This document shows, in pieces, positions 1 through 12,469 of a DNA stretch of 64,000 nucleotides. The translations under genes and the position numbers were made by a program. Under the pieces are notes generated by a model that was not told the DNA's origin, made no database searches, and worked only from the letters and a program-made list of their open reading frames with translations. Source of the DNA: Bigelowiella natans CCMP2755 (taxonomy: Eukaryota > Protista > Cercozoa); the NCBI GenBank assembly GCA_000320545.1, contig ADNK01001860.1, forward strand, positions 1 to 64,000, read 5' to 3'. Within the stretch, counting starts at the first letter, position 1. Each line of letters starts with the position of its first letter.

Positions 1-164
1 GTAGCTGCTGAAGTCACGATTCCGCGGTGCTCAAGAGGCTCATGCTATAGTCAGAAAGCTACCCGAAGCACTCAAGTCAAAATTCACTCCGACTATGGCA
101 TGGTAGGAGGAGGATGATGATGATGATGATGATGATAATAGAATGTGAGGCATCACTAGCACCG

Positions 165-195
<31 letters not shown>

Positions 196-372
196 CCTGT
201 GCGGCATGCAAAGCACATCTTGCAGCAACTACCAATATGATACATCAACCCGCAATTTTTCCCTTGGTAAGGTTCTGAACTTGCTCTCAAAGCACAGCGT
301 CGATGAAGCCAAGACCATCGTCGCGAATTCATTTGGGTATTAGCTGCTGCAGGCAATAGTAGCCTTTGTCTG

Positions 373-413
<41 letters not shown>

Positions 414-821
414 GCAGTAGATGGATTGGATATCATTTGAACAGATGTGACATCCGTGTCGATGCTCTTACTTACTTACTTACTTACTTACGTGTGTGTG
501 TGTGTGTGTGTGTTTCCAGCTCATATTTACGCGCGCGGCGACAATCCAAGCGCGAAGATCGTCAACAGAAACAGGTCGTAGTAGTAGTAGTAGTAATAGT
601 CGCACATAGCCCATGCCCACCATCATCGATTTGGATGTCTCAAGTATGATTATGTGTCTATTACTCTCCCTTCAATTCAAGGTGGAAATGGCAGAAGAAA
701 TTGTGAAAGGTGAGGATGCTGTAGTAGCAGTAGCAGCAGTAGCAGAATCAGTGGTAGTCGGAATAGATGTCGTCAGTTTACGATTCCTGCCAATTTTTGC
801 AGCATCATCACCACTATCATC

Positions 822-853
<32 letters not shown>

Positions 854-1673
854 CATTATCATTATCATAATCATCATCGTCGTCGTCATTTGTTTGACCC
901 ATAGGCATTGATCCCGATGCATTCCTTGCGTACAATAAGCTGCGGCATCGTCTCAAGGACGAGAAGAGAGCGTTGGGGTTTCTAATCGATCAGGTAGTAA
1001 TAATGGTACGGAAAGCATCATCATCACCTTCATAGCAGCGTTATGTCACCACCACCATCATCGTTGTCATCATCATTCTCACATGATATGCAGAGCCGAG
1101 ATATGTTCCGTGAATCGGTAGCGGAGATGCTGCAATGGGCCCCCGTCGGCACCCCCGTGCTCATCCCGTCAGCAGCAGACAACAATGATGATAAGAGGGG
1201 GGGGGGGGGGAATGGAAATAGCCTCTACTTCGATCGTCTTCTCGATGGGGAGGAGGAGGGTCCAGGGGGTGGTGATGATACAAACGCTAACGATGGGAAG
1301 AACCAGCAAGCAGACGATGTTACTGTGAAGGGGTGGGGGGGGACGATGCTAGTTCCCGCGCTGCTGTTAGATGATGGCGGACGCACATTGCCACCGTAAG
1401 TGAAGTGCTGCCATCATTTGTTGTTTTAACTCCAAAGTATTCACATGACGACGACGATGAGGAGGGGGGGGGGGGGGGGGGGGAAGGGAGGTGGAGGCAG
1501 GCCAGCCACATAGAGAGATACTTGCGGCATAAGATGCACAGCTGATAACGATGTGATGGTGATGATGATGACCATTCTCAATATGAAGATACCTGGTGTG
1601 CTTGGGAAGGGACAACAAGTACTACATCTTACCTGATACCGAGGTGGTACATGCAGTGATACTTGATGGCGAT

Positions 1674-1705
<32 letters not shown>

Positions 1706-2748
1706 GGGGATGATGAAGACAATTATGTTCCTATAACTGTTTGACAGGTGCTTGCAGTTGATTTTGACCAACCGATCGATATGCTTGACTCCGAGGCTAT
1801 TGACTTACTCAAGGGTGCTGCTGCTGCTACTGCTATTTACGTGTGAAATGCTACGTCTTCGTAATGATGATGATGATGAAGAAGAAGAAGATGATGATGA
1901 TAGAATGAAACATAGAATTTAAATAGAGAGGAGAAGGCAGCATTTTGGAGTTTGAATGTGTATGCGCTATTTGGTTGACGTTTAATAGTCGTCTTGTTGC
2001 TGAAACGAAAGTAGTCTCATTGAGTAGCGTTTGGATGGTATTAACAGGGTTGCGCCGACCCCCATGGATTGCCTTCAGTGATGATCCTCCCATGTAATAG
2101 TGAGCATTCATAGAACCATACACTATAATATTTGTCTTGTATATTGTTCTCAAATTACGTGAATATGGAAGAGATAACGCTGCATTGATGACGCTGCGTC
2201 GTCGCCATCACATAAAATGTGTTGTCTTGTTAGGTACGTGGAGAGTTCCACATTGCCCGAGTCGGCCTCTTGGTAACATTTCACATTCATATCCCTTTGC
2301 AAACGCGTGTGAGCCATTTCTTCGTCTGATATCATAACGTGATAATGCTAGAAGCTTGTCTTCCAATCAGACTTCCTCTCCCGCAACCTTGTCACAAAAT
2401 CCCTCTCGTCTCTCCTTCTTGGCTACTCTCTTGTTGGATGATCCAAATTGTTGCTTCTTCTTCTTCTTCTTTTTCTTTCTAGGGCGCTACAAATTCCTGA
2501 TATTGATGTCCCTCCTGCACCCCCGGAAGTAAGTGAATAAGGAAAGTAGTGCTTGTATATCAGAGGAGGAGGGTCGAAAGTATAGTAGTCGTAGTCCTGC
2601 TGCTTGTCTTTGTTGGTACCGTCAGTAGCAAGAGTAATCCTGTGTATGGAGGTTCTTCTTGCAATCATGCTGCTACTGCTTTTTGTGAATGTAGGTCGTT
2701 GCGCAGCAGTCCAGGGTCCAAAAATTGGAAGGTACTTGCTTGCATATA

Positions 2749-2787
<39 letters not shown>

Positions 2788-5700
2788 ATAATATGGCAGT
2801 AAATTCTATGTCATACGATGCATATCGTCATCTCATATGCACGAGTTTGGTATAATATCATCTTTATAAACAACATTTCCATCACGATCGTTTCTTCTTG
2901 ATGGCGTTTGCATCGCAACAATGGCGACTTGATTGATGACCATTGCAATGGCGGTGATGACAATAACAACGACGACGACGATGATGGTGGTGGTGGTGAT
3001 AATTGGGTCGGCTAATCGTATTATTTGCAGCTCAAATCGAAAGTAGCCCCATCGCCCAGCTTGAGAACAAGAAGAAGGTACTGCTGCAGCTGCTGCTGGC
3101 ATTTACACCACAATGCACACAGATACACGTACCCATTGTTCTATACCTACTGTTGAAAATAGTGCGCACACATGTATAAAGGCTGTGATTAGCGTAGCGG
3201 CGTCAGCAGGATATCTTAGAGAATAACTCAAGCCTGATGCTGCTACTGCTGCTTCGACATAACAAAGGTTCTCAAGGCGTTCAAATTCCTGCGAAAGGTC
3301 CGTCAGGAAAAGGAGAAAGAGGTACGTGCGTGTGGGCTTCTAGCTTGCAACGACATCATTACGACGCTGTGGATCACTCCAAATTCCCACAAAATGATGA
3401 TATATAGCCAGAATGATCCTACAGCATCTTCTCGACATATACATCTGCCTCTGATTAGCCATTGCTCGGTCGTTGTTGCTATGCTTTGTCGTTCTTACTG
3501 TACAATCAGTCAAGAGAAATGGCGGCTGAGATGTCTTCCTATTCCTCCGTCACTGGCACCATTAACGGCAGCAGTATTGTTGGCGGTGAAAAGCCCTCAT
3601 TCTTGTGGTCGCAATTCTTAAACTTAACAGAGGTACTTTTAACTGCTGCTGCTGCTGCTACTAAAAACTACTGTACCAGTAAATACCGATAGTTTTGCTT
3701 TATGGCGCTGATAAAAAAAAAAGGGGGGGGGGGAGGGGTTGTGGGGGAATGAATATACAGTCGCACAACTACAATCCCGGTTGTTTCGTTGCTGCCGACC
3801 AATTGTTGCCCCTCTTCCACCCATCTTCATTTCCCTCTTCATCATCATCAGGTCTTAAATCGCTATGGCTTTCTAGAAGGAACCGTTGTGACTCCTGATC
3901 TAGGGAGACTTGGAGCAGAAGTAAAGGGCGACAACGAACTTTGGGTTGTAGGCAACAAGCAGATGATGTTTAGAAGATAATGCCAACTGCTGCTCATCTC
4001 GCCATGCCTTTTTGTTGAAATGGCAGAAATTGTCGATGTTTTCCCAATATCGCAGTGATGCTAGCAGGGATGATGAATTCTATACACGACTTGTTGGTTA
4101 TTATTCTCTTTGTGGTGTCATCGTCGTCGTTGTGTTTGTTGCGGCTGTTGCTACTATATTCTTGCTGCTCCTTCTCTTGTGCAGGTTGCATTGGTACTGC
4201 TGGAGCTGGATAATCTTTTCTGGGATCAAGGCCTCAATCCGCATCATCTTGCCGCAGTGGTAGTACTTCTTATGAACTGCTGTATCGAGGAGGGGGGTGG
4301 AGGAGCGCAAGATACCCAAACATGGGCAGATGTGGACATTGATGAGCTGGGCTCTCCTCTCGCTTTTCCTCCTCCTCTCTACTAGACTATTTTTCCTCCT
4401 CCTCCTCGTTCGGCTTACTATCCTTCGCATGCTGCGTTGTGTAAAAGGTGGGTGCGTTGGTATCGTATGAGCCTCCACCAGGCTCTGGAGAGTTTCCAGA
4501 GACTCTTGCAATATCAGAGGAGGCGGCGGACATCCTTGATCATCTTCGAGTTGAAGTTCAGGTAGTTGCCCCAGGAAAGATGCTTATTTGTTTTGTTTCG
4601 CTTCGCTTTGAGGGACTTTTCCTTCTTCTAAATCTTGGTTAGTGGAAATCTTAATTTGTGTGTGTGTTTGTGTATTTGTAGGCCCCACTGGGTATGCAGC
4701 AAGCAGCGTACAAGATCGGTGTAGGTGCTAACCTAGAGAACTACTACGTGGGTCTGGTTGAAGCTTGGGCGCTGGGGGAGGACTGGATGTCACTTGTGGA
4801 ATCATCCGGTAATTATCATCATCATCATCATCATTATCATCATGAAAACAGCAACGTCTTCAAAGCATGATCCAGCTTCCAAACTCCCCCGTTATCATTT
4901 CTATGCCCTTGTGATGGTGGTGTATATAGGCATGCAGGAGGGCGACTTGTGTAATCTTTTACGTCGCACCTTGGATGTGTTGCGATTGATTCCACGCCTT
5001 CCCACTCTGTCGAGGGCGTTCAAGCGACAGGCCCGATCCGCCATCAAGGTATTAGACCGACACTGATAGGGAGGGGGGGGGGCATGGACGTTTAGTTGTG
5101 GTATTTGGTGCTAGCGTGCTTATCTGAGTGCGAGAATATTGATTGTGATTCATTTTTTGATCCGCTGTTTGGTGGTAAAGATGGTGGGGCGCTACCCTAT
5201 CACCGACACCGTTACGTACGAGCTGCAAGCAGAGGAAATCGAAGAAATTGAGCAAGAACAAGAACAGGACAAAGATAATATTCCGCGAGACGGTGAGGGG
5301 TCCCACCAGCAGGATGAGAATGATGATGATCATCTGGGTAGTAGATGCTCCATAATCACAGTGACAATTTTTTTTACACGCATACATGGGATCAGTCGTT
5401 CGCAACCATAAACATGTGCGTTGAAGGGAACTTCGCAGGGAATCGATGTCTGATATGTGTCTCTATTTCCTCTCTCCCCCTCCTGCTATCTCCGCCGCCG
5501 ATATGCAGCAGACGAAAGACAAGCTACTGTTGCAGAAGAAGATACGTCTTTGTCGTCTTCTTCATCATCATCATCAGCAGCATCACCAGCAGCAGCAGCA
5601 CCGAGTAAGGCGAACGGGGTTGGGGACCGGCCAGTGGCGGTGCCTCGTATCTCTGCTGCTCAACCGCAAGATGAATATGATGAGGAGAGCGAAGCGGAGA

Positions 5701-6108
5701 GAATACTGAGAAAAGCTTCTAAGGACGCACGTCGAGCCCTCGGATTGGATGACGACAAGGAAACCGATCTACAGCTACTTAGTAAAGGTGTCTCATGAGG
5801 GAGGGGTGTGGGGGAGAGGGGGGGGGGCTGAAGGCCATCTTATATGAATACATATAATAGTAAGACAAGCAGCACATACAACACCCTTCTTTACATTAGT
5901 TTATACCATGCCTCCTACAGGGAGATCCTTGAATATTGCTAATTCTCGCAACGGTGAAGACGTGCTATTTGAAGACGATGAAGATGACGATGAATTCTCC
6001 ATCTTCGATACCTTTGAGGGTGATGACTCCGAGGACTTCTCTGAGGATGACGAAGAACCCGATTTCGACAGGCCGGGCAGCAATGCGGCCTCATCATCTT
6101 CTGGATAA
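1..6108 (+). CDS. ISE2: Ski2/HelY-family DEVH-box RNA helicase (ISE2-like, with DSHCT domain); 5' end lies outside the window; multi-exon; acidic C-terminal extension
   Basis: Spliced peptides match cyanobacterial HelY/plant ISE2 C-terminal motifs: FRGAQEAHAIVRKLPEALKSKFTP(x)YGM|VLNLLSKHSVDEAKTIVANSFG (to 336), VLNRYGFLEGTVVTPDLGRLGAEVKGDNELWV (~3852-3947), VGLVEAWALGEDWMSLVESS (~4748-4808), MQEGDLCNLLRRTLDVLRLIPRLP (DSHCT, ~4932-5050). The last exon is D/E-rich and ends in TAA at 6108. Introns are GT-AG and microsatellite-rich. The gene symbol is a family-level recognition. Confidence 0.85.
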
Positions 6109-6119
6109 AACTCATGATA

Positions 6120-7400
6120 GAACACAAATGCGGTGGAATTCACAACATGTGCAAAATGTGCACATGTCGACTACATCCTGCAACCATTCGCCATTTTTTT
6201 ATTCGACCGTGCACATCTGAACATGCACATCGAATCATCGAATGCATAAGTTCAGACTGCTGAAGATTCGCTTTTGCAACGTCATTTGCAATGAATGTGT
6301 TTCGAAGCAAGTGACAGGTAGCAAATTGCACAGCTGTCGCGCATGACATGGCATGGCCATTGCGCATGGCTTGCTAGCTTTCACAGCATTTTCACAACTA
6401 GACAACCATTTTGTCATTGTTGGAAAGTTGGCCTGTGCGATTCACTGTTGTCACACCACTGCACTGCAGGCAGAATGAATCGCAGACGTCCTGTGATGAG
6501 GACCGTGCGTTGGAGCTGCTGTGCAAAAAATGTGCCAAATGAATTGTTCAACATGCAGCTGTGTGCATGCATGGCGCACACAAAACTCAGAACTTCATGT
6601 GGATGTCCGACAATGCAAATGTGCACTGTGCGGGCATGACTCTAGCAGAACTTCACCCACGTACATGCATGCAGCGATCATCCATCGTTCTGGCTAGCTG
6701 GGCTGCAAGACGGATGTGATGGGAATCAAATCAAACTTGTTCAATGGTCACCCTCATGCAGCTGTGCAATGCAGCGGCTACAGCGCTAATGTTGAATCTG
6801 TTGGTCTCCGCTACGATGTGTTTCATCATTGGTTTGGTCTTGAACGGTGCGCATTTTGCGCAGCAGTGCGTGTTTCCTTCTCATCGCAAGTCAATCTTTT
6901 CGTTTCGTCGTCGCGCATCACCATGGCAGTGAGCTGATTCCAAAAGCGGCGTTGAGTGTTGGACTGTGTTGGGATCACATTGCACGTGAATGGAGCGTGC
7001 AGCTTGCAAACGACTTCTTTCGCATGTGTGCTTTTGAGAAAGGTGGACATGAGTGTGGGTTTCACTACACTCATGTTCTGCGAACATCGACGTCATTGAT
7101 TACTCCTGGGGCCTGTTCATGCTCGTTCCACAACTCATTTTCGCTCCTAGTTTCTTTTGACAGACTACAGACTGTGACTGTTTCAACATTTTCCTAAACA
7201 TTTGCGGAAAGATGGCGAACTCACTAGTTCAATCGTTGTGCCTAGCAACAGTACAATCGACACTGAAATCAGTTCCTCGCTAGCCTTTGAGCCTGTCACT
7301 GCAGCATCTTTGGACAGCTTTGCACTTCACAGAATCAAGCCAGCACCACCATTTGATCTACACCCATGATCACGGTGCCGAGCGGATACTGATTTCTCAC
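6120..7400. repeat. TpA-depleted intergenic repeat mosaic (contains one arm of the 11871-12300 foldback element and a copy of a short dispersed element)
   Basis: 6836-6956 matches 12111-12242, and 6731-6829 matches 11431-11531. TA is rare and survives mostly as CTA/TAG. Confidence 0.7.
6731..6829 (+). repeat. Short dispersed element, core AATGCAGCGGCTACAGCGCT (other copies ~11431-11531 +, ~14915-14960 +, ~51455-51520 -, partial ~61005-61060 +)
   Basis: Direct visual alignment of the copies, e.g. tcaatggtcaccctcatgcagctgtgcaatgcagcggctacagcgct vs ttaatcatcatcctaatgtagctttacaatgctgcggctacagcgct. Confidence 0.7.
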
Positions 7401-7803
7401 GTGCCATTCATGCAATCCTGACAATTTAAATTTAATTCTGCAAAAGATGTGTCTGCTGCCACCACGACGATGATGATGATGGTGGTGGTGGTGATGATCA
7501 GCATCGCATCCGACGATTGAATCACAAATAATCTGAACTGTACTCCGACCACTAGAGCAAGCCATGCCTACCACAGCAAACGAAACCAAAGCAGGGGCTT
7601 CGGAACGGCGGGCAGCGACGTTTCTAGCACCCATTCAGGGGCTAAAAGGAATGGACATGGACACATGAAGAGAAGATGGATGAAAAATGCGGAACTAATC
7701 ATCGGCTCCATTGAAAGCGGAGACCTACCCAGGCAGTAACAGTAACAGCAATATTAACCCATAGCACCGCCTCAATCAGCGCAACAATGCTGCGAGCACG
7801 AGG

Positions 7804-8236
7804 ACTGCAGCATCCTGTTCTTCCAGATCAACGATTAACGTTTCGGAGAAAGCAACACAAAAACAGAACTCAAGTCCGACGAGCCGCAAAGCTGCCGAAT
7901 GCTAAACACACTCTTTTGTTTGGTTTATTGCTGTACGACTTCTTACTTCCCTGTAGAACAAGCAAAGAATATGTGTTCCCATCAACTGCAGCATCCTGTT
8001 CTTCCAGGTCAACAATTAACGTTTCGGAAAAGACAAAACACAAAAACAGAACTCGTGTCCGAGTGAGCCGCGAAGCGTCGAACGATTTACATGCATGCAT
8101 TGTTTATGATTCCTTTTTTTTTATTGCTGTGCGAGTTCTTACTCCATTGTAGAACAAACAAGGAATGCATGTTCCCATCAACTACAGCATCCTGTTCTTC
8201 CGGGTCGGCGTCGACGATGAACGTTTCGGAAATTTC
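7804..8236 (+). repeat. Degenerate tandem repeat, ~2.5 units of ~185-195 bp
   Basis: The core cagcatcctgttcttcc...aacgtttcgga recurs at ~7808, ~7989 and ~8186. tgctgt.cga.ttcttact...tgtagaacaa recurs at ~7930 and ~8125. Confidence 0.8.
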
Positions 8237-8324
8237 TTCTCCCCTTCTCGAGCCGACACCGACCGAACACATTTGCTGAGTTCCGGCATTTAGTAGTAGT
8301 TGGAGACGAATTTTCCACTGCGAC

Positions 8325-9035
8325 ATGACTTTAAACCGCTCTTATCCGGAAAACGACATTGGGAAGGCATATATTGGAGGATTTTCATTGGCGACTTGGA
8401 CTGACGGTTGTCGCAGTAAAAAAATCTCGAGAAATGTTGCTGTCCAAACACTCCAATTCGAACGAACCGGACGTGTTTGTTGCCGGTTGCAACGATGGTG
8501 GAGTTCTGTGAGCGGCGGATCTTTGAGCGATGCTGCTGGGCCAGTCCCTTCGCTGCATCAGCATACGTATGCCTAACTGCTTGGCTTTTGTTAGATGGTT
8601 TTTGTGATTCGAAGCAGCTTATGCCCGAGCTTTTTTTGTCTTCGTGCAGCTGTACTGGCCAGCTGTGGCGTTTCTAGTCACGTACATCGTACTTTACATA
8701 CGGAGACAAACTGCGGATACACGGGTTTCGCTTATTCTTCTCTGCACTTCTACTTTCTGCCGGAGCATCTGGTCTGATTATACCTGGTTTGGATGTGTTT
8801 TAGAATAATAATAATAAATGGAAAAATCGATTCGATTCAGGTTTTCTCGAGCGGCATGCCAATATTATGATATCGGGAACTATTTTCTCAACCGAATCTC
8901 CCTTCTCTTTCTCTTCTCAGGTCTGAAAAGTTGCGATATAATGTTTAGAATGATGGATCGTTCGAATGATGAATCGTTCCACCTTCCATTCCCTTCTCTT
9001 TCTCTGCCCTCTCTTTCTCGTGGATGTGTAAATAC

Positions 9036-9079
<44 letters not shown>

Positions 9080-11172
9080 CGTCTCTGATACCTCCTGGTA
9101 ATTGCCCAGGATTCTCGGTTTACTTGCAAAATTGGGCGATCTTCTTTTTTCAGACTATTCTCTTCCGAGACATTATGTCCGACACCAAGCAGTATCGAAG
9201 ATGGATTCGAATAGTAATAACAATATCTTCATCTCATAAAGTGTTAGTAATCACAAGACACTACTGGTTGTAATTATGGTTGAAATCTCAATTACAATCT
9301 CTCTTCATTCAGCACTCTTTGTGAATTCTATAATCAGGGAACAGTCGTGCTGAATATTGCAGTATGGATATCGAATATTGTAACTGCTCATCTGTTCTTC
9401 TTCTATGATAATTGCACCCGGGTTTGCTATGATGCCGGTATACGAATTGCAAAATTCCATGGCCAGTTGCTTCCCGGTACGAATCTGTCTAATTGGTTCT
9501 GTCATCATTCACTCCAACAACTAGGTCTCTACATGATATTGGTGGCGAGCTGTCTCCTTTCCATAACTTTTGGGCTTCTGGGAGTGAGTATCTACTTTTA
9601 TCTCTCGTCGCAGGTGGAAGATCGAAACTGTGATGATGATACGCTGTTTCCTTGCTTGCTTGCTGCTTCTGTGATGTACCCCCATCTCAGATGTAAAATT
9701 ACACTTCTAAACTAAACTATTGCAATGGTTGTCACTCAACAGAAGAACACTTCTAAACCAAACTATTGCAATGGTTGTCACTCAACAGAAGAACACTTCT
9801 AAACCAAACTATTGCAATGGTTGTCACTCAACAGAAGAACACTTCTAAACCAAACTATTGCAATGGTTGTCACTCAACAGAAGAACACTTCTAAACCAAA
9901 CTATTGCAATGGTTGTCACTCAACAGAAGAACACGTGTTAATGTTTCATGTATATAAGACATCGCATGTATAATTACCATAACTGTACACATGGCAAATA
10001 GGACGATCAAACTATGATCTCTCACGATCTCCCGGCGATACGATTCAGGAAGATGGTATTACTGATTACTTTGCCAGCTGCAAATAAGATAGCGCACCTA
10101 GCACAGCCCTTCTGCTGAGGATATAATATGGTACATTTGCTCGTTGTTTGTAGGCCAAAAAGCTGATGTTCGTTGGCCTCGTGTGCTTCATATGCTTTCT
10201 GGTGCAGTCCCTATGCTTTCTATGGAGGTGGTTTTGTAGAGAAAGAAATCAAATACATCTAGGAAGGATAGGAATCATCAGAATATCTTGCTCTTCTCGT
10301 TTTGCGCCGCGGACGTGACTATCGACACCATCACCATAATCAATCTCACTGTCATCAACATAACACAAAATCAAGTATATAATCAAAAATCTGATGCAAA
10401 GAATATCTCTAAATGTCTCATAACTAGCGTCGATGGCCAGAAAAAGCTCCCGCCGCTGTACACCTACCCATATTTCTACTACACTGTCGTTGACCTTCTC
10501 CCTGTGGTTACTCTCTTCTTCTCGGTACTATTACAACTGCTTCCAATGTTGCGACAAGCAGCATAAAGAATCCTCTAACTTTGGCAACGTTCAACTGGTC
10601 TTCTTACACCCTGCTGTTGGTCAGATCGCTCCGCAAACCAGGAGGTCTAAGCTCGGTGCCAGCGTCAGGAGCAGTTCGTCGATGTCTGCATTTACAGCAA
10701 TGTCCAACGACAACAACTACTTCGGTGGGGTGGACAGAGAAGAGGGGAAATGGGTCGAGACTAGCTCGTACGAGGGCATTTTTGAGAAAAACGGCGGCGG
10801 CAGCCTGCTGGAAGCGAAGAGATCATTTTCCAACAACGGCTTGATTGCCCATGGAAACGGCAAATACTCCCCGATTTCAACCATAGGTGGAAAAGGAACT
10901 GAGGCCGCCTTAACAGCGAGCAGCAGTTCTGCGGGTGATAGTGGAGGGGGTGGGTTTAAGAGAAATAATGGGGATAGCAAGGGCATGATGATATTAGGGA
11001 GAGAAAGATTCTGGTCTTCTTTTCATACCAGCGGTGGTGAACGACCAGGAAGGCCAGCTGCGCTAAGTAGCGCGCTCTTAACCGGACATGACGATAACAG
11101 CAGGTACGGATAAATCAAATCGCGAATGTTGATCATATCTACCGAGGAAGATGAGAATTATCGAGGACTGCC

Positions 11173-11240
<68 letters not shown>

Positions 11241-11404
11241 TGTAATTGTATTTTTCACGGGAAAGAGAGAGAGTGAAATAAAAGAAAGAAGATCTTTCGT
11301 ATCTGATGCGTAAAAGTTACTACGTTGAAGGTTGTAATTGACATCATTATTGATGCATTTGTAGGTCGGACAGTAGGGGCACTGCAGTGGATTTCAGCTT
11401 ATAA
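8325..11404 (+). CDS. Multi-pass (about 7TM) membrane protein, THH1/TOM1/TOM3 (GPR137-like) type; multi-exon; start uncertain
   Basis: Hydrophobic exons include LYWPAVAFLVTYIVLYIRR, NYFLNRISLLFLFS|GFSVYLQNWAIFFF, MILVASCLLSITFGLLGVSIYFYLSSQ, AKKLMFVGLVCFICFLVQSLCFLW and YPYFYYTVVDLLPVVTLFFS. A long Ser/Gly-rich tail follows, and the final exon 11365-11404 reads SDSRGTAVDFSL*. Confidence 0.65.
9701..9934 (+). repeat. Intronic minisatellite, 5 x 46 bp
   Basis: Unit acacttctaaac(c/t)aaactattgcaatggttgtcactcaacagaaga starts at 9701, 9747, 9793, 9839 and 9885, with no spacers. Confidence 0.95.
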
Positions 11405-11870
11405 CACATATATAAGATGGAATAAATATGTTAAATTTTTTTAATCATCATCCTAATGTAGCTTTACAATGCTGCGGCTACAGCGCTTCAGTTATATTTG
11501 TTTGTCTCCGCTATCATGTCAATCATACATGTGAATGCATTGTCATTGGGTCGCACTTGTCGTGCCGCGCGCTAAATTTTGGGCTTGCATCTCTTTTTGT
11601 TCTGCAGTTCACACACATGTAGTTCTACATTCACATGTGAATCTAGCTACACAAGAATGAGCATGATCATGTGATAACCGTGCAGTGTAGTAGTGGAGAC
11701 AGACACTCTTTTTCATGCAATGATGTGACCTGCAGTGTGAAATGCAATGCGAGCTGACTCAGAGCAACGCTGGTGCACATGGCATGGAACGACGGCAATG
11801 ATCGATCATCAGTGTACGCACATCGTCGTTTCGACACTCTAGCACACCATGCATGCCATCAGCAGCATGA

Positions 11871-12300
11871 GTGACTTTGGCTGCGCTTTTCACTTGCATG
11901 CACTGCAGCACCACAAATTGCACACCACACGCACATCATCAACGCCGCTTGAGAAATCAGCTCACTGCCACAGCACGTGATGCGCGACGACGAAACGAAA
12001 AGATTGACTTGCGATGCTGCACAGCTGCACAGCACCAATGTCAAATCCATTGGTCTCCTGTTGTTGTGGCTGTGTTCAATGCAACCAAATGCACGTTGTT
12101 TCAGTCTTCTAGTCTTGAATGTCGCGCGCATTTGCGCAACAGTGCGTGTTTCATTCTCATCGCAACTCAATGATCTTTTCGTTTCGTCGTCGCGCATCAC
12201 GTGCCAGCTGTGGCAGTGAGTTGATTCCTCAGGCGGCGTTGATGTGCGTGTGTTGTGCAATGCGGCTGTGCGTGCAAGTGAAAAGCGCAGCCAAAGTCAC
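11871..12300. mobile_element. Foldback/MITE-like element with ~145-bp imperfect terminal inverted repeats
   Basis: The left arm 11871-12016 (gtgactttggctgcgcttttcacttgca...cgacgacgaaacgaaaagattgacttgcgatg) is the reverse complement of the right arm 12158-12300 (catcgcaactcaatgatcttttcgtttcgtcgtcg...tgcaagtgaaaagcgcagccaaagtcac). A third partial copy lies at 6836-6956. No clear TSD was seen. Confidence 0.7.
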
Positions 12301-12469
12301 TTTGCGCAAACGAGATGTGACGAGAACGCACCTTCCAGGCCTTCCGCGATCGAGTGCGCATTGAACGAACGTCCGTGCGTGCCAGCCAGGTGTGTGAACC
12401 CGTGAACCAATTCGTGGGATGCACGTGCACGCAAGTGAGCTCATGAGCTCATCGCGTGCGCGAACAACG

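Noticed and set aside
40-3102. ORFs with poly-S/V/D/I/H/CV tracts (also 21160-25400 and 46596-50954)
   Set aside because: They are translations of intronic microsatellites rather than independent genes.
9701-9934. CRISPR-like array
   Set aside because: The 46-bp units are directly adjacent with no unique spacers, lie in an intron of a eukaryotic gene, and have no cas genes nearby. This is a minisatellite.
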